Position numbers and translations under genes: made by a program. Of a DNA stretch of 64,000 nucleotides, positions 35,780 to 47,434 are shown one piece after another; position 1 is the first letter of the stretch, and each line of letters starts with the position of its first letter. The stretch spans positions 310,001-374,000 of the forward strand of contig MU008196.1 of the NCBI GenBank assembly GCA_010909165.1, written 5' to 3'. Below the pieces are notes generated by a model. The model was not told where the DNA came from and did no database searches. It saw nothing but the letters and a program-made list of their open reading frames with translations. The DNA comes from Anthoceros angustus. Its lineage: Eukaryota; Plantae; Anthocerotophyta.

Positions 35780-38700
35780 TGTGGAACGAAAGTTTGGGCA
35801 ACCAGCCCAAAAAGAAAACGAACAAGTTTGATTTTTTTGGCTAAGACGATTGAAGAGGAGCATGCGAAATTTTCAATCTTGAAGCTGGAGTTGTAGGATA
35901 TTGTTAGGAAGGCGAAAAGGATATCCCGGGGGAAAACGGTCATGACCCAGGCGAGCGGAGGCGGCAAAAAGGCGGTAGGGCAGACTACGCCGTGGTCGCC
36001 ACCACCACGAGTGGGGCGGACTACCGTGGTAGTACAGATCTCGGCTAAAGGAAATTAGAATAGGGGGATATCCACTATATATGCTCATCAATAGGGAATA
36101 AATATATTAGCGAGATTAATTAGGCGATAGGAAAATAGGTATTATAGATTAGGATTTTGGAATGATGAACAATCTAGGGTTGTGTGGCCGTGGCATCCAA
36201 AGGCAAAGTGCGGTTTGGGCGCGCCAACTTCCTTCGAGCTAAGCGAACTCACCCAAGAGGCGGGGCGAGAGCTGGAGCGCAAGGTGAAGGAGGAAGGCGC
36301 CGAGGCGCCCGCGAGCAGAGGAAGGCGGAGGAAAAGAGACCCCTAGCGGGAAAGGAATGCTAGAGGCAAGAGGAGAAGAAATCAAGGGAAGAGACACATT
36401 GAAGGAGCGCGCGAGGCGAGTTGGAGGCCGGCGCAAGTGAAGGGAGGCGAGTAGAAGGAGGTCGCGACCACTGGTGGCTGGAAGAAGAAATCAAGGGAAG
36501 GCGGCGGGGGCTCAAGAGCTAACGTGTGCTCAGTGGGTGAGAGAAGGAGTGTTTGGAGGTGAAGCTTGAGCACCAATTGGGAAGTAATCCTCTTTGCTAA
36601 GCGAGGAGTAAGGAAGGTGCCATGCCTCGAGTGGGGAAAGGCAAGGGAAGGAGCCGCTGCAAGGGCTCTCCTCGCGAGAGGAAAGGAAAGAAGGAGGGCG
36701 CCCGGGGGAGGTGAACTTGTGATGCCCCAATTCACTTGCTTTGCTCAACCCCGAGATTTGGTTGATTTTCGGGGTGAGGAGGACATCCAACTAGGATGGG
36801 TGTATGGCCGCCAATGGGCCTACACCAATTTGGAATTGATTGAGGAGTGTTACATCAACCTCCATCAATCGAGCCGCCCTGCCGCAGGAAAGGAATGCTA
36901 GCGGATCCCATTGTGTAGAAGCCGGTGTATGGAAGACCGGAGGAAGCTCGGAATTGCTCTCCTCGAAAGGTCGAATGGGGAAGAGGACATCGACATCCCG
37001 CAGAGTTCCTTGACATGATGGATGGAGGAGTGAAGGCCCACGCCAAGAATGGGTGGAAGACCGAGAGCATCAAGGAGGAGTGGAGGCTCTTCGCAAAGAT
37101 TGTGCTGGGGTTGGTAAATTACCAACGCACTCTTATTTCAACCAACTTCCTCCAATTTTGTGGAAGATTTCCATGGGAGCCAAGCCGGATTGGGGACTAT
37201 CATGTATGAAGCGTACATCCACCATCGAGAAGCTCCTCAAGCCAAATTCGTGGATGAGGAAGGCCAAGGCCATGCTATCTTAGCACCTATTTGGTGCATT
37301 TATGGGAAACCGAGGGACTCCTCACAAGCAAGGAGCTTGAAGATGCATGGCATCCCTTTGAGGTCATCCATCTCCACCGAGGTTGGAAAGGCCTTTGCCT
37401 TTTGCATTGCGAAGACGGTGGGAGGTCGACCTCCACAAAATGCTAGAGCAAGAGGAGAAGGTTCGAGGCAACAAAGTTGCGGAGTGGGAATCCTTTCCTG
37501 GGAAGCAAGCAAGGAAGAGGAGCAAGAAGCGGCCGAGAAGGCCGATGGTGGTCTATGAGAGAAGGACCACAGGAGGGGTGACCCAGGGAGGGGGAGTCCC
37601 CACCATCTCCTTTGTGCCTACGAGAGGCACCGACAGACTACCTGAGGAGGCGGTCTACCCAAGGGGTGGGCACCGTGGTAGGCGTCGGCCTACCATGGTA
37701 GGTAGGCGGACTACCGTGGTAGGCGGACTACCGTGGCGGGCACCCCACGCCGCAAAACCCTGGGGCGGGGAAGGAAAAGCAGCGCCGCGGCGGCGCCCAC
37801 CACCATCTCCGCTGGGTGGGAGGCGGATGGAGCGACAGTGAAGGGACCGCGCCCATGGCCCGAGAGGTGCGAGAGATTTCCAGAAGAAAGAAGGGGTGGA
37901 ATTAGGACCCCTAGGAGAATTCTGGTGCTTGTGAAGCACTCAGTGTGGATTTGAAGGCTAGCAGCCTCCTTGTGGGCATGCCAAGAAGTGAAATCTCAAG
38001 ACATGGCCGGGAAGGCAGGACCTAAATGGCAATTGGAGGCCATGGAGTCCGAGCAAGCGGAAAAGGTGGAGAAGCTCCAAGCGACCTTATGGATCGCGGA
38101 GAAGGTCTTGAGGGAGGTTGGCTCAAGAAGAAAGAGCCATCCGAGCAACCAGGACTCATGGAGGCGGAAGGAGCATTTTGCCCAATTAGAGCAAGAGCGA
38201 AAGGCAAAAAGAGGCTCTCGGAAGGAGAAGGTAGCGTCCAAATGGACGCTGAGCAGTGATGGCTACGCAAGCCATCAAAATCCGGACATGAAGGAAGAGT
38301 TGAGAAGGACCGTTTAGTTTGGAAGAGAAGCGCCGAGCTGGAAATTCAAAACCAGAACTCAGGAGAGAGAGAAAGATGCTTGGCAAGCGGAGAGGAAGGG
38401 CTTGCTCAATAGAGGACTTGGAAGGAAAAGGTCTCCGAGGAGGAGCCACAAGAAGGTGGTGCATAGAATCTTGGTAGTAAGGAAGCGAGGTTTTGGATTA
38501 TGCCCTTGAGCAAAATTGGCCCTAAAGGAAGCAAGGAGGAGAATGTGACCCTCCATGTCAAGGTGGGGAATTGACCACCTCAAGGGACGCCTACAAAGGT
38601 AGGTGTGAAGATGGAGAGTGGCCCACGAGATTGATGATCTCCAAATGCAATATCATAGCTTGGGGCTCACCTCCACAATAGAATTTTGAAGGCCAACAAT

Positions 38701-40750
38701 GAGATCTTGCGTTTGGCCAAGAGGAGGACATTGGGTCCTCATGATGATGACAGAAGGAGCTGCAAGTGCAGCCAGGCCTCCGATTTTGATGAGGCCATCG
38801 GTGAAATGGACTCGAGGAATCGAGGAGTCGGGAGGCGAAGGAGCCGTGGCGCCAAAGGTAGAAGGTGGCGCGAGAGCAAGGAGGGGAAAGCCCACCTCCG
38901 GGGTCAACCTACCACGGTGGGTGACCACCTACCACGGTAGTCCGCCGGACTACGTGGTGAGCTTCTGTGCCGTGATGCGCGGGGTGGGCAGTGCCGTGGG
39001 CGTGAGGCTGAGAGTCGGGCCGAGGCTGAAGAGCCGGGGTCCGGTGGTATACCCCTGGAGGCTGGGGTGGTGGGAGACAACCCCACCGGAGGAGACTAAG
39101 GGGGTCCAGGAGGTCGAGGAAGGGGAGGGGTGAGAAGTTCCCTCGCCACCGGATAAGGGAGGAGCCGGGGCCGAGGAGGAGACCAACGCAAGAAGGCCCG
39201 GAGAGTTAGGCATCGGTGGGCGATGGGGATGAAGATTCTTTAAAATGCTATGGTAGGTATGGACAAACCAAACAGCAAGAGCAAAAAGATCTCACCCGAA
39301 ACCTCACACCGAGAGGAAGGAGAAGGTGCGGACTACCATGGTAGTCACTACCGATGATCGCGGACTACGCGGTAGGGTGATGAAGCGCGACAGGGCGGAG
39401 AAAAGGCGCCTAGGTGCGGAGAGCGCGGTGATGGAAGATGGCAGACTTTAGGCGCCGCCGAGATGGAGGAAGGGCAGATGGTACTTGCCCACACATTAGG
39501 AAGGCGGATCCGGGAAGGGCAAGAGCAAAAGGAGGCGAGGGAGCCAATCCCAAGGGACATGTCACCACCCAAGATAAGACTAAGAATGGTCAATGACCAT
39601 AAATGAGCTTGGGGAAGAGGATGAGGAAGGAGGTGTGGTGACATCCTTCAAGGATGGTCTTAGGTGAAGTTACTAGAATAGAATTTACCAAGGATCGGAC
39701 AATAGACTTAGGTGCCGGACATTAAATGGCGGTAGGAAATAATAGAAAATTGGAAAAGGTGACTGCAGAGGGTCACCCAAGGGAGGTTGTATGTGGAAGG
39801 CCTCCTATAAGAGGAGGAGGATTTCACAAAGTAAAGTATCATGTCTTGCGCCCACTCATCGAGTCCTTTGCCATTACAGAGGAATTTCGTCTGTGAGCCA
39901 ACACAGTGTAGAGAGGAAGTCGCGGTGGTCGGAGTGCTTGGTGGAGGACTTGCTCACGCAAGTGCCTAAACGAGTTGCTCCCTTGTGAATGGTTCTTTGT
40001 GAAATTGCTTTGCTTTGGGTGTGTGGCAAATGCCCAGAACTCTCGGCTTGAGGGTAGACTACGGGGAAAGACTCCTGGAGGTTCTCTCGTGTCAAACTCA
40101 TAGCAACCGCCCAAGGAAGAACTTGTGGAGGCGGACCCAGTGCCGTAAGGGGCAGTCGAAACCGATGGCCGGCGAGGTTAGACTAGGAGGAAGAGGATGA
40201 GGAGATGAGAAGATGAGTAGAGGATTAGAGGTGTAGGTGTTAGTGGAAGGCCACAGGCGAGCCTAAGGGCCGAATCCCAAATGCAAGTAAAGGCGCTCCA
40301 CAGGTGGAGAAGTTGGTCTTAAGTAGGGACGAAATCGCGGTGTGAACGGGGGTCCACAGGCGCCGTGGTAGGCTCCTTCTGAGGCGGGACACAATTGTGT
40401 TGTGTCGTTGTAGGTCGAGTTTGGTCTTAAGTAGGGACGAAATCGCGGTGTGAACGGGGGTCCACAGGCGCCGTGGTAGGCTCCTTCTGAGGCGGGACCC
40501 GCATTGTTTTGTGTCGTTGTGGGTCGAGGTTGGCGATTTTCGAGCGTGCAAGTGGTGCACTGTGAGAGGGAGAGTAGTGGGCGCCTTGCTTGTTGAGAAG
40601 GTGAGAGTTGGGAAGGTAGCGATTGGTGACCTGAGGCCTCGAACTTTCACACAAGTCTCATGGGGGCCGAAACCCAGCGTCTGACGGCGATTGGGATAAG
40701 TGTGGCGCTATAGTGGGAGGACACGGGAGTGCCCAGTTCTCCCTACCACA
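35780..40750 (+). repeat. Gypsy-A 3' LTR (4971 bp)
   Basis: Begins TGTGGAACG two bases after the purine tract GAGGTGGGGAG that follows the integrase end; ends CCCTACCACA plus TSD. Confidence 0.9.
36190..39250 (+). pseudogene. U3-encoded ORF in the Gypsy-A 3' LTR (second copy)
   Basis: Same motifs as the 5' LTR copy (ORFs 36566, 36925, 37160, 37970, 38686). Boundaries approximate. Confidence 0.75.
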
Positions 40751-41915
40751 ACGCCTTCTTCTTCACCTTGCCACAAGACACGGCCTTGCACCTTCCCAAG
40801 CACCAACTCACTGTTATGATTTGAAGCGAAATTCTCCTCCAAGTTCCTCACGAGTCCTTACACTTGTGTCTCCGATTTGGGAGCTTTTCCTTCACAATTT
40901 CCTCGCAATCACGCCCCACCTTCCTATCGCTCCCGCAAAGTTAGGGAGGTGTGGTTTGCCCTGCACCTCGTTTCCCTTCCTCTTTCTCTTTCTTCTGCAC
41001 CTCCTCTTGGCGTCCTGCTGCCTTTTCTCCTCGGTTGCCCAACTTGCGCCCTTCCTCTTCAGCTTAGCATGGGCGTGTGTACGGCGCGTTGCTGTATGGG
41101 GGCCTTGGGAAGCTTGAGATGTGGTGGCGCCTTCCTGCAGTGAGGTTGTCTTGTTGAGTTTTTGAGATATGGCCTCCTGCAGGCACCTGCAGCCACTTTT
41201 ATAAGTCACCCAAGGGTTAGAAAAGTAACTACCATTCTATCCTGCCCTTGGATGTGTGCCACGTGGCCCCTTTCTCACCGTTGATGTTAGTTTCCTAATT
41301 CCCTTATACTAAAATACCATTTTTCCCTATTTTCCTAATTTCTATTTGTTGGAAATTAGCCTCTAATTTCTTAATTACCTATCTTGGCCTATTTATCTAG
41401 TCCACTAAAAGACCCTATATATAGCAAGCCTATCCTGCCTAAAACATAAGCTACCTTCCTTAGCAACCTATCTCCTACCGTGGTAGGACATCCTACCATG
41501 GTAGGCGTTTTCCTTTCTCCTACCACGGTAGGAGTTACTCCTCTGTGGTAGGATACCTTCCTACCCTCTCCTACCATGGTAGGAACTATTCCCTACGGTA
41601 GGTGATCAAAACACTAGCGGGGTCATTCTCCTACGTGGTAGGATCTCTCCTACCCTCGTCTACCATGGTAGGAGTTTCTCTCGGTGGTAGGACACCTCCT
41701 ACCACTCATGTAGGTTACCTTTTCTCCTCACAGGTCGTTTTGACCCGTTTCTTTTCCTGCATATCCTCTTTGCCTTCCGACATGGTCCTACAACTCCGCT
41801 CAAAAGAGCAAAAATTTCCTTGCATATCTTCACCAAACCATTTCTAGCAAAAGAGTGTGGGCCCGTTTCAAAACGAACTCATTTAAGCTAGTTGCCCAAA
41901 CTTTTGCGTTCCACA

Positions 41916-42671
41916 GCTCGTCACTCTCCACGTCCTCGGCGTCTCTCGCGATTCTTCTCCTCGGGTCTTTAAACTCAACCCACAGCTAGGGTTCGCTCCT
42001 TCCTCCTCAGCTCGCGCACCTAGCTTCCCTTGCTGTGATTTAGTGGTGGCGATGGCGAGGCGATGTGCTCTCCTCTCCTCCTCTTCCTCTTACCCACCGC
42101 TCTTGTGAAAGCGCCTCGGTGAAGAGTGGTGGCACTGCACTTTGCCCTCCTTGGATCTTGCCACCGGAGGCTACTCTCACTAGATTTGATTCACCTTTCT
42201 AAAATACCTACTCTACCTAAATTGCCTATTTCCCAATCCTATTTTACTACCTAATGAATTACCTTCTAATTAATCCTATTTTACTACCTAATGAATTACC
42301 TTCTAATTAATCCTATTTGTTTATCTCCCTATTGGTGAGCATATATAGTGGATATCTCCCTATCCTAATTTTCCCTTTAGCCAGTTTCGTCAACATCGCG
42401 GTGTGCCCGCCTACCGTGGTAGTCGCTCTTCCTTTCAGCCCTAGGGGCGTGGTGGCACCACGCGGTGTCCTGACCGCCCTTCGGAGCCCATACGCACTGA
42501 GAAGTCTTTGACCCGTTTCTTTTCCGTGATGTCCCTCGCCTTTCTACCCATATCCCTCTACGGATCCAAGGTCTTCAAAATTCCCAACATATCCTCTTCA
42601 ACTGGGTTTTCGACCAAAAAAATCGTGTCTTCTTGGCTCTTTTGGTCTAGCCCAAACTTTTGCATTCCACA
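41916..42671 (-). mobile_element. LTR 'C': 5' (U3 start) fragment of an A-like giant LTR, interrupted by LTR-B
   Basis: Minus strand begins TGTGGAATGC(AAAAG); contains the A-type ATATCCACTATATATGCTCA block. Confidence 0.75.
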
Positions 42672-43528
42672 CTGCAGTTGCTCCCTTGTGAATGGTTATT
42701 TGATTACTGCTTTGGGTGTGTGGCGATGCCCAAGGAACTCTTGGCTTGAGGGTAGACTACAGGAAAGACTCCTGGAGGTTCTCGCTATATGGTGCAAACT
42801 CATAGCAACTTGCCCAAGGAAGAACTTGCTGCTTAGCAAGCGGAGCATTGTCTAAGAGCGAGCTAGGGCGATGAGCTTGAAAATTCCCAACATATCCCTC
42901 TTCAACCGTTTTCAGCCAAAAAAAATCAGGGTCGTTCTTCTTTTGGCTCTTTTGGTCTAGCTGCCCAAACTTTTGCATTCCACACTCTGCAGGTTGCTCC
43001 CCTTGTGAATGGTTGCTGTGAAATTGCTTTGCTTTGGGTGTGTGGCGATGCCCAAGGAACTCTTGGCTTGAGGGTAGACTACAGGGAAAGACTCCCTGGA
43101 GGTTCTCGCTATATGGTGCAAACTCATAGCAACCTGCCCAAGGAAGAACTTGCTAGCTTGTAGGCAGACCCCAGGCAGTTGTGCCGTAAGGGCGAGCTAG
43201 GGCCAGTGAGCTTGAAAATTCCCAACATATCCCTCTTCAACCGTTTTCAGTCAAAAAAAATCAGGGTCGTTCTTCTTTTGGCTCTTTTGGGCTAGCTGCC
43301 CAAACTTTTGCATTCCACACTCTGCAGTTGCTCCCTTGTGAATGGTTGCGTGAAATTGCTTTGCTTTGGGTGTGTGTGCCCAAGGAACTCTCGGCTTGAG
43401 GGTAGACTACAGGAAAGACTCCACAGAGGTTCTGTTGTCGTGCAAACTCATGCTTGCCCAAGGAAGAACTTGCTAGCTTGTAGGCGGTGGGAGTTGTGCC
43501 GTAAGGCGAGCTAGGCAGTGAGCTTGAA
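42573..43528. repeat. Three tandem copies (300-335 bp) of the junction between LTR-C start and LTR-D R region
   Basis: LTR terminus ...TTCCACA at 42671, 42984 and 43319, each followed by ctgcag(g)ttgctccc...; unit junction at cttgaa/cttcaa. Confidence 0.85.
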
Positions 43529-44539
43529 GTAAGGTTAGATTAGGAGGATGAGAAGTTGAGTTGAGGTGAGTGTTGAGGAGAATGTGAGTCAATGTGGGAG
43601 TAGGTAGAGATTAGGAGTGAAGAAGGCCCAAGTCGAGCCTAAGGGAGGGTCCCAAATCTCCACCAAACCGAGACTGGAAGCCTGGCCACATCCAAAAATC
43701 ACGGGGTGGAGAAGTTGCCGCGCCTAGTGAGGGTCCCTATGTGCGAAGTGATGGACCTACCCGGAGTAATTCCACGACCAGGATGTCGCTAGGTCTAGGA
43801 GGCGGAGATCCGAAGTGGAGTGGCGGAGGTGTCGTGGGCACGCCAAGATGGAGTTTTGTGGGTGCGCCCGTTGTAGTTGAGCGCCTAGACACGGAAGTTG
43901 GAGAGGCCTTGAACTAGGGCGAGATAACCAATGCTGCGCCATCGGTGCGACTCCCTACCGTGGTAGGATGCGCCCTGGCGCATGCTGGGGGTAGGGTGTC
44001 TCCTCCCATGTAGGAATGAGGGTGTTGGCCCACCAATGCATTAGATCTCCTACAACTCTCCTACAAGTGGTAGGAGGTAGGCCCTACAATTGTTGTTGTT
44101 GGTTAGAGGTCCCGAGTGGCATTGACGGAGCAGCGGCGCCGAGTTGGTGGTTGAGGATGTGCCAATTGTGGGAAGGCGATGGGAAAGGAATAGTGGAAGA
44201 TCACGGGGTGGTGAAGTCGCGTTGCAGCGTGGGGGTCCCGATGCGTAGCTCCGACCCACCGCCGTATGGTGTGGACCTATAGTCATAGGGTGTCGTTGTA
44301 GGTTTGGAAGCGGTGATTGGCCAGTACTCAGTGAGGCATGGTTGTTGTCTATGGAGTGAGTTGAGGTTGCTCGGTATGTGAGGAGCTTGGGTGTGAAGAG
44401 GTATATGGTTTGTGCCTTAGATCACGGTGACCTGACAAACAAGAGTCTCATGGGACGAAACCTATTGTACTTAGCGACAGTGGGATAAGTGTGGCCACTA
44501 GAGGGTGAATCTCGGAAGCCCCGGGGTTTTCCTCCCACA
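42672..44539 (+). mobile_element. LTR 'D': R-U5 part of a related giant LTR, with an extended U5
   Basis: Homology to R of LTR-A; conserved gtctcatgggacgaaac...gggataagtgtgg block at 44445-44492; ends CCTCCCACA. Confidence 0.75.
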
Positions 44540-45664
44540 CCTCTTGCAGCTGGGTCTCCGCTCGCCTACCCGCAATTTCCCTTGCTTGATAGGTTCTTGT
44601 CTTCTCTGCCTCCGTCTTCAAGAATTCAACTCTCCTCTTGGCGGCTCCTATGTCTACTTTGCTGAACATTTCCTCTATGCGCAGCATCTCTTCCAACACA
44701 TCCAAGTCTCCTCCCTTGCTCCTGGGAGACTCAAGGCCTTTGCCTTGCTCATGGGATCTTACATCCCTCAACTCCCTATGACGAGCTCCCCGCTCATCAC
44801 TCGGTGGGGCAACTCCTCTCACCATGACTCCATCTGCTTGCCCACCGAACGGAGACGGTTTCCTTCTTACCTCCCGCTTGGGAGCTTCCAAACCATGACT
44901 TCCTTTTTCTCCTACCGTGGTAGGAGTCCCTCCTACCATCGTAGGTCTGCCTCCTACCTTGGTAGGACTAGCTCCTACCACCGTAGGTTCTCTCATGAGA
45001 GGGCGGTAAGGATCCCACACCACTGTGGGCACACCTCCTACCCGCATAGGTGTGATTCCTACCGTGGTAGGAGTTGCTCCTACCATGGTAGGATCCATCC
45101 CTCCTTCCATATATGAACTCCACGACCCAAATCTCGGTCTTCCACGCATCTCCCGTCAAATCCTTCGGAGGATTCCTTCCAGTAGCATTCCGGGGATGGT
45201 ACTTTCTCCTTTTCTTCCTGTACCTCCTCTTGGCCCACACTCTTTTCTCCTCCGTTGCCCAACTTGTGGAGTGTGGATTCGTGTCCAGGGACACCGTGAG
45301 GTCCACATTCACCCTCAATGTCGTTGTAGGCTTAGGATTCGCTCCCAAGGGAATGGTTTGTGCCAAGAGACGCTAACTTCTATCGCTACTGTCCTTCACC
45401 TAAGTCAAGACTTACTTGCTATTACTCCACTTACCTATCTACTCAACCACTACTACCCCCCGACTGGTCTAGCTACCACAGCTCTTATTCCACGACCGCA
45501 AATCTCATTCCACGACCGCGGTGGCTCTCACCGGTAGTTGCTTCGACCACCGAGGTGGGTCCCACACCCAAACCCTAGCGACTTATTTCGGCCAAGACGC
45601 GCTGGATCTCGCCACGGGGCCCACTGTGCACGGATCCGGCTTTATTCTGCACTCCACACTTCAT

Positions 45665-45665
<1 letters not shown>

Positions 45666-45696
<31 letters not shown>
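45666..45696. repeat. (CA)15 microsatellite in the LTR-G R/U5 duplicate
   Basis: Direct reading. Confidence 0.95.
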
Positions 45697-45698
<2 letters not shown>

Positions 45699-47407
45699 TA
45701 CAAGGAACGCTCCCTTCAAGACTTTCCACCAGCACCGGTTTGGTTTCTTTTGGATTCACACAAATCTCCACTGCTAGTCTCTCAATTAGTTCCCTTCTCA
45801 ACCCCTCTCACACCTCGCATCGCGTACAGTGTTTAGTCACTCCTTCACCCAATCTTCTCCCTCTCTCTCTCTCTCCCTCAATTCGCCCGCAGGCTTCCAA
45901 CCATCCACTCAACACTTCTCTCTCAATTCGAACACAACTAGCAGGGACAAGTGTGAAGGAAAGAAGAACCCCGGCCACAGAGGCGAGCAAGCTCTGACCC
46001 GCGCCAATCCCTTGGTTTCCTCCTCCTTTGTCGGCCAAGATTGCTTTATCACCCCTCCTCCCCAACATGAGCAAGCTCGACCACCCCTAGGGCGTCTCGC
46101 GCACACCGCCTCCGCCACGTCTCCAACCAGCCACAGGCGTGGGGATCTCAACCAGAATTATCCGACGTGAGGGACCTAATGCCCTCTTATACATCGGTGG
46201 GGCACCACCGGATTTTAGGTCCTAAGATGGCTATCGCGAAGGGCGCCCACAATTCGGGCGATCCTAGGTCCGGCAAGATCCTAACCAAATTATCTTTAGG
46301 TTGCTACCACCTCGCCCCACGCTCTCGGCCTACCTCGACTTGGCCGTCGCCCCACGCCCTCCATTGCTGCCGCCACGAGCTCTCCCGCCACGCCGCTGTC
46401 ATGTGTTCTCCCACACTACTTCCACCTCACACCGCTGACGCCGAATTTGAGGTGTACCGCCTGGGCTTCGCATCTTCCGGCCTTTATTGAGGATTATTAC
46501 TGCTCCTCGTCCACCCAAGCTGGACCTCCTCCTCGCTCAACTCCTCCAAAGTCGCCTCCGCATAGGGAGCCAACCCCACACCCGGGCGCGGTGGTAGAAG
46601 TATGCACCGGGTCCTCACTTGCAGGTAGGCCCCGATCCCTCCTATTTCCACACGCACATGGACGGTGAGGTTAAGCACGCGTTCCATTCACATATAGACC
46701 GGGCACATAAGTTTCCTCATCCATGTGCCGAATATAATAGGACCCCTGCCGGTGAGGTGCTTACCCCTCCTCCCGTAGGCTACACCGTTGCTCGGCCTAT
46801 GTCCTCGCGAGGCGCCACGTCGCCCCGCCGCCCCGCCCCGCCCCGCCGGGTTGGTTGCGCCAATGTCGGTGGCGGTTTCGACTACGTAGTGGACTCCACG
46901 ACCCAAATCTCGGGTCTTCCTGCAACCTCCTCCTGCAAATCCTTCGGAGGGATTCCTTCCAGCAGTAGCATTCCAGATGGTACTTTCTCCTTTTCTTCCT
47001 GTACCTCCTCTTGGCGTCCTGCTGACTTTTCTCCTCCGTTGCCCAACTTGCTGTGGAGTGTGGATTCGTGTCCAGGGACACCGTGAGGTCCACATTCGCC
47101 CTCAATGTCGTTGTAGGCTTAGGATTCGCTCCCAAGGGAATGGTTTGTGCGAGGCGCTAACTTCTATCGCTCGACCTTCACCTAAGTCAAGACTTGCTAT
47201 TACTCCTCTTACCTATCTACACAACCACTACTACCCCGACTTGTCTAGCTACCACTCTTATTCCGGCCAAATCTCATTCCACGACGCGGTGGCTCTCAAG
47301 GTAGTTGCTTCGACCGAGGTGGGTCCCACACCCAAACCCTAGCGACTTATTTCGAGCGCAGGCGTCCACCACGCGCGGATCCGGCTTTATTCACTCCACA
47401 CTTCATG

Positions 47408-47434
47408 CACACACACACACACACACACACACAC
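47408..47434. repeat. (CA)13 microsatellite in LTR-G R/U5
   Basis: Direct reading. Confidence 0.95.

Larger units (their letters stand above)
22223..40750 (+). mobile_element. Gypsy-A: full-length 18.5-kb Ty3/Gypsy element (non-chromovirus-like) with giant coding LTRs
   Basis: TSD ACGCC (22218-22222 and 40751-40755); ends TGTGG...CCACA; PBS after the 5' LTR; PPT before the 3' LTR; gag-PR-RT-RH-INT order. Confidence 0.92.
11280..41915 (-). mobile_element. Giant Gypsy LTR 'B' (about 5.45 kb net), split by Copia-2 and Gypsy-A. Own segments: 11280-14907, 21562-22222, 40756-41915
   Basis: Minus strand starts TGTGGAACGC (41915) and ends CCTCCCCACA (11280). Its ORF reads through both TSDs (e.g. 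WVYGRHWSYTNL|ELI across AATTC). TATAAAAG at about 12125-12118. Own TSD not found. Confidence 0.8.
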
